Shown: positions 26,483 through 37,833 of the stretch, piece by piece
Layout: every line of letters begins with the position of its first letter
How positions within the stretch are numbered: the stretch's first letter is position 1
Assembly (NCBI RefSeq): GCF_018350175.1
Contig: NC_058368.1
Coordinates: forward strand, 210,802,001-210,866,000
Length of the DNA stretch: 64,000 nt
Direction of reading: 5' to 3'
Source of the DNA: Felis catus
Taxonomy: Eukaryota
Notes under the pieces: model-generated
What the model was told of the DNA's origin: nothing
Database searches by the model: none
What the model saw: the letters and a program-made list of their open reading frames with translations, nothing else
Translations under genes and position numbers: made by a program

Positions 26483-26888
26483 TTTTCTTTAATGTTCATT
26501 TATTTTTGAGAGAGAGAGAGAGAGAGCACTAGAGGGAGAGGGGCAGAGAGAGAGGGAGACACAGAATCGGAAGCAGGCTCCAGGCTCTGAGCTGTCAGCA
26601 GAGAGCATGGTGGGGGGCTTGAACTCACAAACCCTGAGATCATGACCTGAGCAGAAGTGGGAAGCTTAACCAATTAAGCCACCCAGGTGCCCCCAAAATG
26701 GTTACTTATTTATTTCGAGACAGAGAGAGAGCAGGGGAGAGGCAAAGAGAGAGGGAAACACAGAATCCAAAGCAGGCTCCAGGCTCTGAGCTGTCAGCAC
26801 AGAGGCCGACGTGGAGCTCGAACTCACAAACCGTGAGGTCATGACCTGAGCCGAAGTCAGACATTTAACTGAGTCACCAAGGTGCCCC
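26483..26888 (-). mobile_element. Two nested/tandem CAN-SINEs (~26483-26694 and ~26695-26888)
   Basis: Two reverse SINE bodies enclosed by a single outer TSD tattttatattctt at 26469-26482 and 26893-26906. Confidence 0.92.
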
Positions 26889-28639
26889 AAAATATTTTAT
26901 ATTCTTAACAATACCCCAATCCTTAGGTTGAATCAATATATAATAAAGTATTTAAAATGGTATCAATTATGCCCATTGATTCTGTTTACTTAGGGCCAAC
27001 TCCAGAACCATCTAGCATCAGAATCTATTGACCGTGTCTCTTGGCATCATACAGAAGTAGTATTTGAAGCAACTGAAATCCAAATGGCTTTCCACCTCCA
27101 AAGGGAGGAGATGTGCTATCTCCTCCTCCTGAGTCACGGCTGCTTTCTCCTTCCCTCAAGGACCTGACACTGTTGGCCACCAATGCTGTTACCTGGTCTT
27201 GGCTGCCATCATCATCCTCACCGTGCCATCTGGGCTGCTCTGGCTGTGGCTTGCACCTCTCTGTCTGTTGCTTTCTTCTTCCTGGGTTGTTGTTTTGTTT
27301 TGGTTTGTTTTGGTTTTGACCTTCTCTCTTCCCTGGCCCATCCTTATTCTCCTCTTTTCTGAGGGGTCATCTGACATACAGCTATTGTCAGACAATGGAT
27401 TTCTACTAATAATCTAAAGACTGTTTATTGCTTTGCATTCTGAAGCTGTTGTTATGTCACCATCAGGTACTTCCAGTCCCCTCTCCCTTCCCCTGGAATT
27501 TGCACTATGTCTGTTGTTTGTTTGATTGAATACCTGAAGTGCAGCCCAGGAATAAGGGGGAGGGGGGCGACATCTGTATCCTGTTCTAGGGAACATCTGT
27601 ATCCTACACTGTCACCCTCAGTGACGAATGGCCTTTAGTAAACTGTTTGCTACAAAAGGGTCACAGAAAAATAAAGTCATAGTCCACTTCCTTTAAAATG
27701 CATGACATATTAAGAAGGCAATTGATAGGAGTAAAATAGAGGCATTTATGGATATAAAGGGCAAAGAACAGTAAACACTTATTATTTCATTGTCAAATAG
27801 TTCACTACAAGTAAACACGTACAGAAACATGTCTGCAGCTTTGTATGCATAGGACACTTCAGCTTTACTGTGTGCTAAATACGCAGAAAAGTGAACAGTG
27901 AGTGAAGAACGATAGCAAGTGGAAAAACATGTAGAAAAAATAAAAGAAGAAAAAAAGATGAATACATGCAAGAAATTAGACAGGAAAGAAGATAATGAAG
28001 AAAAGTATACAAGCTAGGAATACATAGATTAAAAAGTATGAGAAGACAGGTAAGAGGCCAGAGAGAGAGAGAAAGGGAAAAGACTGTGGGGAAAGAAACA
28101 AGAAGGATAAAAAGAAAAAAGCAAAGGAAAGCTTATTTTTTTCCCTTTACTTCATTATATTTTTCTTCCCACCAAATGTTCCTGAATCCCATGATGAATT
28201 TCATGACGGCCACCTCTATAAGTTAATTTGCAATAAAAATTGGAATTTCCTATGGGAAAGAAGAGACAGGTTGGCTCCAGGACAAGAACAATGAATAATA
28301 TGAGAAATAAACAAACTGTGGAGCCCAGTGATATTCTTCATCCTGAGTTCTGACATAATTTACATCTGGGATCAGGTCATTCAGCAACAAATGACGTAAG
28401 TTACATCTGGGTTGAAGGTCATTCTGCAATAACTCAACCTGCCCTCCAAACTTCCAAACTACACGCCTGATCCCTATCACTACACTTTTCTTTTGCTGCA
28501 GTCTTTGATGTGGGCCTTTGTGGAAGGTCTAGATGAGGCAGGATTCAACAGATGAAATGACCCATGTGCTTCCCACCAAAATGGCTCTGAGCCAGCTGGA
28601 GAAAGCACATAAAGGAGATAAGCCTTCTATATTCCAAAA

Positions 28640-28880
28640 TGGTTAAGAGGAGAGCATAGTCTCTGGGGAAACATTCTCCTGCTTTGACTCCTTGCTCATT
28701 TATAAGCCACCAGACTTTGGGCAATTATAAATGTCTCAGTTTCTTGTCTTTAAAAGAGGAAGAGTGATGGCTTCTACGCCATAAGAGTTAGTTTGAGAAT
28801 TAAATGAGATATTGCATGTAAATGCTTTGCATAATTCCTAGCATATAATAAGTGTTCAGCGACATTTTTAATTATTATTA
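28640..28880 (+). mobile_element. MIR
   Basis: actttgggcaattat...ctcagtttcttg...gagaattaaatgagatattgcatgtaaatgcttt. Confidence 0.75.
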
Positions 28881-29310
28881 TCACTGCTTCCTAATTTAAG
28901 ATAACAGGTCATATTCATTACAGGTCATATAATTCAGGAGTTCAATGACTACAGTACAAACATCCTTATTTAAAAAGTAATTCAATATTCAGAGAGCAAA
29001 TACTTGACATTGTCCCACCAGAAGCACATGTAATCAAACACAGTTGATCCCTACAGTAAAACACTTCAATGGGAGAATTAAAAATTAAACATGGCATTGC
29101 AACATTTCTCGTCAAGTTTTGCCACCCAATGAATAAAGAGATACTTGAATTTTAGAATCGTGAAAAAGGGTCTGTAGACCTATACATTCTATGCTCAGTG
29201 GTCTTCACTCTACCTTTACTAGAAGAGCAAAGACCTAGTCTGCATATCAGCCACGTTTTAAAAGCCAAGCAAATTTACTTTCATTTAAGAGAGAGAAAAG
29301 CAGCTGCTGA

Positions 29311-29887
29311 TGACTTGGAACTGACCTAGCCCCATCAGGCCTTGGTGTTCCTAGGAGTTGGCCTGGCACTCACAGCTAGGCCTTGGCATTCTCCTGCCAA
29401 ACAATCAATTTCACAGCACACCAACACCAGACAAGGCCACTCTGTGACCCTGATAGATCAAGACAAAAACAAAATTCCTTTGTAATCTTCTGTGTATTCA
29501 GACCAAAACAATATTGTCCAAAACACAAAAAATGACCCCAAATCTCCCTATTCTGGCCAATAGGTTTTCTGCTTTTTTACCAATTAAATCTTTGTCTTGG
29601 TGTATCCTCTCCAGTTCCTAGATAAGATTTATTAAGATATCCAGTCATAGAGTTGCCTATGCTTCTTGACAGGATCCAATTCAGAGCAAAGCACTGCTTC
29701 CTTGAACTCTTCTCAACAAATACCTAACACAAACCCAGAAGCTTTAAGTCCTTTCTAACACCTTCTTACTGAATGACCCACAGTTCCCCATGGCATGTGT
29801 TTTCTCTTGTTGGCTACAAGTCAATAAACCCAACTTTGTTCAACTATAGGTATGTATCCTGTGGTCTTTGACTGGCGGATATTGACA
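29311..29887 (+). mobile_element. Solo LTR (old, ERVL-type; family uncertain)
   Basis: TG...CA ends, near-TSD gctga/gctta, AATAAA at ~29823, and LTR-like motifs agacaaggccactctgtgacc and gatcaagacaaaaac. Confidence 0.7.
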
Positions 29888-30369
29888 GCTTATTTTCTTC
29901 CAGTATAACAAGAAGATGATCAAGCCTTTCCTTTGAAGATTTTATCATAATTCTCAAGATTTTCTATCTGAAACAAATTCTCTATATCATTCTAATCTTC
30001 TTTGATGGTTTAAATATTAGGTGGCATTCTTTTCTTGGAACTTTATAGCTTGAAAATTTTGACATCGTTTTATACGACAGCCTTCAGCTATCAGACTTGG
30101 TGTCTCAATTTCCAGCCAATGGAAGCCAAATTTTAACCAAGGAAAATGCTGCTGAGCTGGCCAGGAAATATCAAAATCTGTCGTATTACAAGAGATAACA
30201 GTATATTTCCCAAGTACCCTAAGGAATGAAGTATGAAAAAATGTGTGGTTTAATGACACCAGGTTAAAAGTGGAATGAAACTGCTGAACTGCTGAAAGTA
30301 ATCAATGGTAGCGAAATTATGGAAAGAGACCAATTTCCATCAACTAATGAATAGATAAAGAAGCTGTGG

Positions 30370-30537
30370 TGTGTATATATATATGTATACATATATGTAT
30401 ATATATGTGTATATATATATATCTCATGTGGTGTGTGTATGTGTGTGTGTGTATATATATATCAGGATCCAATTATATATGTGTGTGTATATATGTATGT
30501 ATATATATGTATATGTATGTATACATATACATATACA
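30370..30537. repeat. Compound (TA)n/(TG)n/(CA)n microsatellite
   Basis: Visible directly in the sequence. Confidence 0.9.
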
Positions 30538-30846
30538 CAATGGAATATTAATCAGAGATCAAAAAGAATGAAATCTTGCATTTGCAACAAAGTGGATGGA
30601 ACTAGAGTGTATTATGCTAAGCGAAGTAAGTCAGTCAGAGAAAAGGCAAATACCACATGATTTCACTCATATGTGGAATTTAAGAAACATAACAGATGAA
30701 CATGGGCGAAGGGAAGGAAAAATAAGATAGAAACAGAGAGGGAGGCAAACCATAAGAGACTTTTAAATATAGAGAACAAACTGAGGGTTGCTGGAGGAGG
30801 GGGGATGGGCTAAATGGGGGATGGACATTAAGAAGGGCACTTGTTA

Positions 30847-31268
30847 GGGGTGCCTGGGCAGCTCAGTAGGTTGGGTGCCCAACTTCAGCTCAGGTCATGA
30901 TCTCACAGCTGTGTTCACAGCTCAGAGCCTGGAGCCTGCTTCAGATTCTGTGTCTTCCTCTCTCTGACCCTCCTTGGCTCACATTCTGTCTCTGTCTCTC
31001 TCAAAAATAAATAAACATTGGGGCGCCTGGGTGGCGCAGTCGGTTAAGCGTCCGACTTCAGCCAGGTCACGATCTCGCGGTCCGTGAGTTCGAGCCCCGC
31101 GTCGGGCTCTGGGCTGATGGCTCCGAGCCTGGAGCCTGTTTCCGATTCTGTGTCTCCCTCTCTCTCTGCCCCTCCCCCGTTCATGCTCTGTCTCTCTCTG
31201 TCTCAAAAATAAATAAACGTTAAAAAAATAAATAAATAAATAAACATTAAAAATTTTTTTTAAAAATA
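30847..31268 (+). mobile_element. Internally deleted CAN-SINE carrying a younger SINEC_Fc-type copy (31020-31234) in its tail
   Basis: Outer TSD aagaagggcacttgtt at 30830-30845 and 31269-31284; inner TSD aataaataaacatt at 31006-31019 and 31235-31248. Confidence 0.94.
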
Positions 31269-31719
31269 AAGAAGGGCACTTGTTGGGATGAGCACTAGGT
31301 GTTATATGGAAGTGATGAATCATTGGGATCTACTCCTGAAACAAATACTACACGGTATGTTAACTAACTTGAAATTAAATAAATGAGTAAATAAAAATAA
31401 GCAGAGCCTCTGAAATCACAAAGATGAGGATTAAAGTACCCAGGGTTCTCAAGATGAACAAATCCATAAAGTTCAGCCTAAAACATACTTTTGCCTCACT
31501 CATAGACTCTCATGTAATAAACAATTAGTTTCTAGGTGCCTATTACGTGACAGGCGCTATCATAGGTGCTATCCTAAAGTAAAGGACATAAAACAGTTGA
31601 AATAATATTTATTGAATATCTAGATCTAGTGTAGATGTTAGGCACTGTGGTAGGTGTTCTCCATTCCCAATCTCATTTCATATCCTTCCAAATATAGAGT
31701 TGTTTTTTGTTGTTGTTTT

Positions 31720-31912
31720 TTTTTTTACCATTTCTTTCAGTCGAAGTTTGATTACATATGTTACATAGTGATTTGACAACTCTATACCTTATGCTGTGAT
31801 CACCCTAAGTGTAGCTACGATCTGTCACCACACAACACTATTCAATACCACTGACTGTACTGCCTATGCTACACCTTTCATCCCCGTATCTCACTCATTC
31901 CATCACTGGAAC
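31720..31912 (-). mobile_element. LINE-1 3' UTR fragment
   Basis: catagtgatttgacaactctatac...gtagctacgatctgtcaccacac resembles a reverse L1MA/carnivore L1 3' end. Confidence 0.65.
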
Positions 31913-32087
31913 TAGCACACTTACTATTCTTACTTCTCAGAACTTAAAATTGGGACCTAGAGATTATTTATGCTTCAGATACTACAAAGCTGATAGTTAG
32001 AGAAACTTAACTTTCCCAAGTGCAATTTTCTCTTTATTGCACCTCTGCTACCCCTGATAACAATGTTTAAGATTACTGAACAAATGA

Positions 32088-32317
32088 GGGGTGCCTGGGT
32101 GGCTCAGTTGGCTAAGTGTCTGACTCCTGATATTGGCTCAGGTCGTGATCTCACGGTTGGTGAGATCCAGCCTTGCATGGGGCTCTGTGCAGGCAGCATG
32201 GAGCCTGCATGGGATTTTCTTTCTCTCTCTCTCTCTCTCTCTCCCCCCCCCCCCCATCCTTGGCTCATGTGCATGCATTCTCTCTCTCTCTCTCAAAATA
32301 AATAAACATTAAAAATT
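32088..32317 (+). mobile_element. CAN-SINE
   Basis: SINE body; TSD tttaagatta(c/t)tgaa. Confidence 0.93.
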
Positions 32318-33130
32318 TTTAAGATTATTGAAACAATTAAAATATGCATAGTAAGGTATTTACATTTTCAATATAACCACACCCAGAAACCAAAAGAATA
32401 CAGACTACTAGTATATACTCATGTTTACAAAAGATCTGATCTGTAACATAGAATTCAAAGGCTTCTACTCATTTATGGAGAATGTTACATTACAATGCTA
32501 GTTTCCTCATATGATGAATTCATAACAGTTTTGTAAAACAGAAGCAATGCTTATTCTTAAATAAGTGAGAATTCCTAAAGGATTTTACAGCAAATCTTTT
32601 AGTAACATTAAATTATTTATTTTTCATTATAGAAACAACTGCATGAAAACAACTGCTTGAATTTCAGATGTAATTTTGTGTCGAGCAACTTTTTGTATTC
32701 CAAGGCATTTTAACATATACATCTAAGTGTTATTCTCTGGGAGAAATGGTCTTGTTAAATTCAACTCACTGGAGATCTTTAGCTTTGGCAACCAAGCTTT
32801 GAATCTTCATATATTAAGGCTAATCAAATCTCTGGTGACTCCCAGAAACCTCATTAAATGGAGACAGACTATTCTCGATTGAGGATCATTGGAATTTATT
32901 TTCTTGACTGCTGATTCTCAGGGTAGTCCTGGCAATACAAAATTCAATATAGTATGCTTTATCCAAATTGACTTCTACCTTTCAGAATAATGCTGAAATC
33001 AATCGCCTTTGGCTGTGTTGCCAACAACTGAACCATTATTTAACCTCATGAAGGCAGCAAATGCACTCACTTGGCATTCTCATTGTTTTCTTTGTCCTAG
33101 CAAACAATGTATGGATTGTCCCACTTCTCT

Positions 33131-33347
33131 CTTTTTTTTAATGTTTATTTATTTCGAGGGAGAAGGAGAGCACAAGCATACAAGCTCACAAGCAGGGGAC
33201 AGGCAGAGACAGAGAATCCCAAGCAGGCTCCAAGCGACCAGCCCAGAGCCCAACAGAGGGCTCAATCTCAGGAACCAGGAGATCATTACCTGAGCCAAAA
33301 TCAAGAGTCAGCCAGCCACTTAACCAAGTGAGCCACCCAGGCGCCCC
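33131..33347 (-). mobile_element. CAN-SINE (older, diverged)
   Basis: Reverse SINE ending gagccacccaggcgcccc. Confidence 0.9.
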
Positions 33348-33370
33348 TGAACTAAACCACTTCTTTTGAA

Positions 33371-33424
33371 TTTTTTTTAATGTTTATTTATTTTTGAGAG
33401 AGAGAGAGAGAGAGTGGGGGAGGA

Positions 33425-33475
<51 letters not shown>

Positions 33476-33602
33476 ATCCAAAGCAAGCTCCAGGCTCTGA
33501 GCTGTCAGCACAGAACCCAACACGGGGCTCAAACTCCCTGACCACAAGATCATGACCTGAGCTGAAGTTGAACATTTAACCGACTGAGCCACTCAGGCGC
33601 CC
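33371..33602 (-). mobile_element. CAN-SINE with (GA)n
   Basis: Reverse SINE; TSD aact(a/g)aaccacttct at 33350-33364 and 33606-33620. Confidence 0.94.
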
Positions 33603-34599
33603 TAAAACTGAACCACTTCTAAACAAACACTGATAAATCCACCTTTGCCATTTACCTATCTAGGAATTAGGTTATACCTTGTGAAGTTACAACATGCCTG
33701 GGTGGTTGAATTTGGGTACTTCTTACAATTTCAAACTGAACAGTAATCCTTATAAAAGGAGCTCAAATGAATACTCTTGGGAGAGTTGTGTTTTTTTTAA
33801 AAAATATATATTCCCTAACTAAATTGCAATATACAATATAGTGCCTAAGAGAACAAGTCAAGGATCTAGCCTTGTGACCACTAGCTGTGTGACCCTGAAC
33901 AAATTACCAAGCTTCTCAGCTTCTTTTACTTATCAGCTTTACAGCTGCAACAATGTCTCTTAGGGCCCCTTCTTCTTTTTTGTTTTTTTTTAGAATTTAA
34001 AAGAACAAAACAAAACAAAACCCCTATGTAAAGGGCTTAGCACAGCATCTGGTACTGTCTAATAGTGTGTCTAATAATATTTTTATGTATTATTTTTTAT
34101 CCTTCTTTCATTTATAAAACTCATTTAAGAAAATAATTCATATGTAACCCCCCCATTCTACTTTATTATAGATCCTTACTCATTTCAATTAAAAGATGTT
34201 AAACATCGTTTTCTCCTTTTTTTTCAAGTGAAGCTTCATCTACTTTTTTGATTTTTCTATTTGTAATGTTATGTTGAATGTTCCTTTCAAATTATGAAGG
34301 TAATACAAGCAATAAGCCAACTAATGCAGATGTATAAAGAAAAGCCAGCAATCTTCTCCTTTCCCAGGGTAACCAATATCTACACACTATTTTACATCCT
34401 TCCACACTTTTCTCTCTGCTTATACAAACAATATGAAGATTCATGCATATGTCAATAGCCTAGTACATGGCTCTCCATGTACTCTCCATGGAGCCTAGTA
34501 CATGGCTCTCCACACATTCTTCTATGCTCAAAACAGCTATATATACACACACATAAGTATGTTTGTGTATATATATTTCCTAGTTGGTACAAAAATGCA

Positions 34600-34900
34600 G
34601 TTATACTCCTCACAATAAGCTATAACTTTTATGTTTTACTTGACAAAAATACATGAATATCCTTTAGGTCAAAAGTTATAGCATTAACTCATTTTTTCTA
34701 ATAACTGCATAACAATCTGTAGCATGAATATAGAATCATTTATCCAAGTATTCTACTCTTGAAGGATATTCAGATTGTTTCCCATTTTTTCACTTTGTCC
34801 CCACAATCCATGTAGCAATAAACATCCTTGTTCAAATATCCTGACATACTGGTGATTTTATTTTTGTATGATAGCTTCTGAAGAGTGAGATGGAGCATTT
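34600..34900 (-). mobile_element. Old LINE-1 fragment (L1ME-like)
   Basis: aactcattttttctaataactgcataac...ggatattcagattgtttccc...gcaataaacatccttgt. Confidence 0.6.
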
Positions 34901-34949
34901 ATCACGCCCCAAGTGTTATTCTAATATATTTACTATTTATTACTACATT

Positions 34950-35120
34950 TACATTTATTATCTCATTTAATCTTGACATGACTTGATGAGATAGTGTTAT
35001 TACTCCTATTTTGAGTATCATGAAATTTAGGTAAATAAATTGCCCAAGGTCACCAGCTAGTGGTGGCTAAGTGATTGCGACCCAGGCAGTCTGGCTTCCA
35101 AGTCCTTGCTCTTGACACAA
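34950..35120 (-). mobile_element. MIR
   Basis: tctcatttaatctt...aattgcccaaggtcaccagctagt...cccaggcagtctggcttccaagtcc. Confidence 0.8.
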
Positions 35121-37056
35121 CCCTTATCTAGAAAATTGCTCTATTACTTTCTCCAGAGGTTGTAGCCACTTACTGTATTTCCATGATAGTTCCTATAAAC
35201 CATGCCAAGCCTTAAACTACACACCATAAAAGGGCTTCTCTAATGGCTGGAATCGACAACTGGCAATGTGCTTCCTCAGATGCCCAGATTCTATCTTGTT
35301 TCCAAACACATTTGAATGTGCTTCCTATACTCGGAAAAGCCTTTTACAATGTGGAATTTGGTTACATCAGTCTCTTTAGGCTTCAGTTAGCGGTTAGGAT
35401 CAAGAAATAAACACGTATTCCTAATGAATAGGATGCGGAAAACTGCAGCTGTCTCGCTAACAACTTCAGGCAAGCAGACATCAGGAATTTTCCATTCATA
35501 GTTTATGTTGCTAACATGCTCCCTTAAAACCCCTCCCATCTTTTCACCTTCACAGAAAGAAGTAATTCTTCCTTTCCCTCTCAAAGCCCAAATTCCAAAA
35601 CGGATTACAATTACAACTACTACAATTATAATGGCATACTACTATTACTATGTTTCTTATTAATTTTACTTACTTTCCTCAAAAGTGTTTCAACATGCAA
35701 GAGTCCTGGGGATTTGAGCAAAGGGTGTGCGTTTTACAACTCAAGTAAATGAACCAAATTAAATTCAGCAATCTGTAGCTGCTTTTCTGTGGAAGAGTAT
35801 AACTTAAGGGAATTATAATGCAATTTGGCTCCTATGGTAAGAAAGGAATAAGAAAACCGCTAAGCATTGTCCTGAGATCAGCAGCACATTTTAGGTGCGA
35901 AACAGGGACAAAATGGGACGGATGATCATAGAATCCTGGGAAAGAACTGATCGCAGTTCCCAAGGAGTGTGTGGGTCTTGGTTCAGCAAAGCGTCTAGGG
36001 TTTAAGCTTCAAGAAATGCAACCGGAAGTGCACCAATGGTAAAGAGCCTAAGGCTGATAATAAATGTTTTGTTGCGGCAGAAACACTCCTGATCTAGCAA
36101 ATTCCACGGCTGACCTAAGGTCGGGTTGGCACTATTGCCCTTCTGGTAGCAACGCGGCATTATGCGAGGGCGCCGCTGTGAAAACAGACGGAAACGATTT
36201 GGGCTGAAAACCTCTTGCCTTGAGCAAAAACCATACCAGCTGGAAAACAAAGTGCTGAAGAAACAACAGAAAGAAGCGGAGGTGGAGCATAGCCGCTATG
36301 TCGGAATTCCACGGCTGTCCTAGAAATTGCCTGCATGTACAAGTGCCTCTGTTGGTGTGGGAGTTAGAAATTTTGGATGGCAACTTCATGGCTGGGATAA
36401 AAACAGTTTAGTGAGTAAAGTCAGCTTTAGTCAAGAGTGAAGAGTGGTCAGAAATAGCTAATGTGTGTAACTGTTGAGCTAAAACTGCTACAGCTGGTAA
36501 ATGTTTACAGGGTCTGCATTAACTCCTTTCGCACAGCCCCCCCTCCTGCTAGGTAGTTGGGTACGGAAAGTATTGTCGGATTTTACACTGGAGGAAACAC
36601 TCAGAAAAGGCTTTGGAACTTGTCCAGGGGCACACATCTAGTACAGCCCTAGCTGGCCTGAAGGCTTCCTTATTTCATTGGCTTGCCAGCACATGAGTCT
36701 AAGGATTCGAAGGGAGTAATGTCCGGGCCAGACTGTAGAGTTCAGCAAATTCTTCTCTTCATAGGAACAAAGGAGACCTCCAAAAACTGTGCTTAGAAGG
36801 GCACAGTAGGTTACAAACTGTGGGGTCGGGCCCACCATGACGATGGGTAACTCGGGAGCTGCAGAATGGGAATGGGAGAAGCTCAAGTGAGCTGGACTGG
36901 GGCCATCGGACCCGCCAGGGGTGCTGCTGGGGGCCCCGCAGGCGCCTGGACTCCGCAGCTCGCGCCTTCCCCGCCACCTTCCATCAGCACGGCGAGCTCG
37001 GGGCCCTTAGCCCCCCGCTGGCCCCTAGCCCGCTCTCCCCGGGCTGTGTCACTCAC

Positions 37057-37114
37057 TCACGGTCTGGGACACCTTCAACTCTTGGTTGAGCCACTGGCAC
37101 AGGATCTCCGACAT
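37057..37114 (-). CDS. SPEF2: SPEF2 coding exon 1 (58 nt, MSEILCQWLNQELKVSQTV-S)
   Basis: ATG at 37114-37112 in context gccgagccATGT; donor A|GTGAGT at 37056; lies in the CpG island; matches the tail of track ORF 37049..37447. Confidence 0.96.
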
Positions 37115-37191
37115 GGCTCGGCCTGCGCCTCTTAACAACACGCAAGGGTAGGAACGCGCGGGAAATCCAGGCTGCGGCCCCGCGTCCTCTT

Positions 37192-37222
37192 GTTGCCACG
37201 GGCAACTCGTTGCTAAGGAAGC
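37192..37222. promoter_or_regulatory. Tandem RFX X-box motifs
   Basis: GTTGCCACGGGCAAC (37192-37206) fits GTNRCC-N0-3-RGYAAC; a variant GTTGCTAAGGAAGC (37209-37222) follows after 2 nt; ~80-110 nt upstream of the ATG of a ciliary gene. Confidence 0.8.
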
Positions 37223-37833
37223 GTATCCAGGTCGGAGCTTGGGCAAAGGCTGGGGCAAGAGGGGCGCCAGAGTCCAGCCGCGCAGGACGGAAAACCGTGG
37301 CCCGCCCCCTGCCGGCGGGTAAGGCCGGGACGCACGCAGGCGCCGGGGGCTCTGCGGTGGCGGTGGCGGACACGGCGGGGGTCCTGGGAGAGGGGCTGAG
37401 CGGTGGGAGAGGAATGGGTGGGCAGAAGGAGCGACGCAGGAGGTCATGGCCTGAGCGAGGGCTTCTTGGACAAGCAGAAAGAGAGAGTCTTGACTGAAGG
37501 GGAATTACTTTTCTTCTAAATTGTCTTTTAAAAAAACCTATAGAAGCTCTTGCTCTAATGACAGCCATTTATTCATTGATTTACAAATTGCTAGGTTTAA
37601 TGCCTAGCTATATTGTGTGGTTACCCTGGCAAGAACAGAATGTGTCTTATGCATGGTTTGGTCCCAGAGCTGTTACGGGCCCTAACACCCAGCAATCCTT
37701 AGGTAATTTTTGTTGTTAGCCGACCAACAATTACGGTAATTCCTATCTCTATGTTGTTTTGAGAGGTGAATATTTAATGAGCTTGTTTTCTGGTCAGTTT
37801 TGCCTTCCAGGTAATTATTTTACAATTGTATTT

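Larger units (their letters stand above)
30300..31400 (+). mobile_element. Carnivore LINE-1 3' end with internal (TA/CA)n and nested SINEs
   Basis: cacaatggaatatt...atggaactagagtgtattatgctaagcgaa...gagaacaaactgagggttgctgg...gggatgagcactaggtgttatatggaagtgatgaatca. Confidence 0.9.
1..37114 (-). other. SPEF2: SPEF2 gene span, partial (start codon to intron 7; continues past the left edge)
   Basis: Seven minus-strand exons splice into one open frame beginning MSEILCQWLNQELKVSQTVSPKSFAKAFSSGYLIGEILHKFELQ, which I recognise as the mammalian SPEF2 N-terminus (calponin-homology-like domain, then coiled coil). Exon 8 was not found in 1-5505. Confidence 0.96.
36820..37460. promoter_or_regulatory. CpG island / SPEF2 promoter
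   Basis: Abrupt GC-rich, CpG-dense block spanning exon 1 in an otherwise AT-rich, CpG-depleted window; GC box (GGGGCGGGCC on minus) at ~37299-37308. Boundaries are approximate. Confidence 0.9.

Noticed and set aside
30366..30660. Tyr/Ile/Val/Cys-rich ORFs
   Set aside because: Translation of a (TA/TG)n microsatellite inside an L1.
30979..31323. Near-identical peptides here and at 59613-59819 that look like a duplicated gene
   Set aside because: Both are antisense translations of young SINEC_Fc-type copies; the same applies to all the MAQSVK.../[14 protein letters not shown]s.
37053..37568. 171-aa minus-strand ORF and plus-strand ORFs over the promoter
   Set aside because: Stop-poor GC-rich island; out of frame with SPEF2; no recognisable domain.
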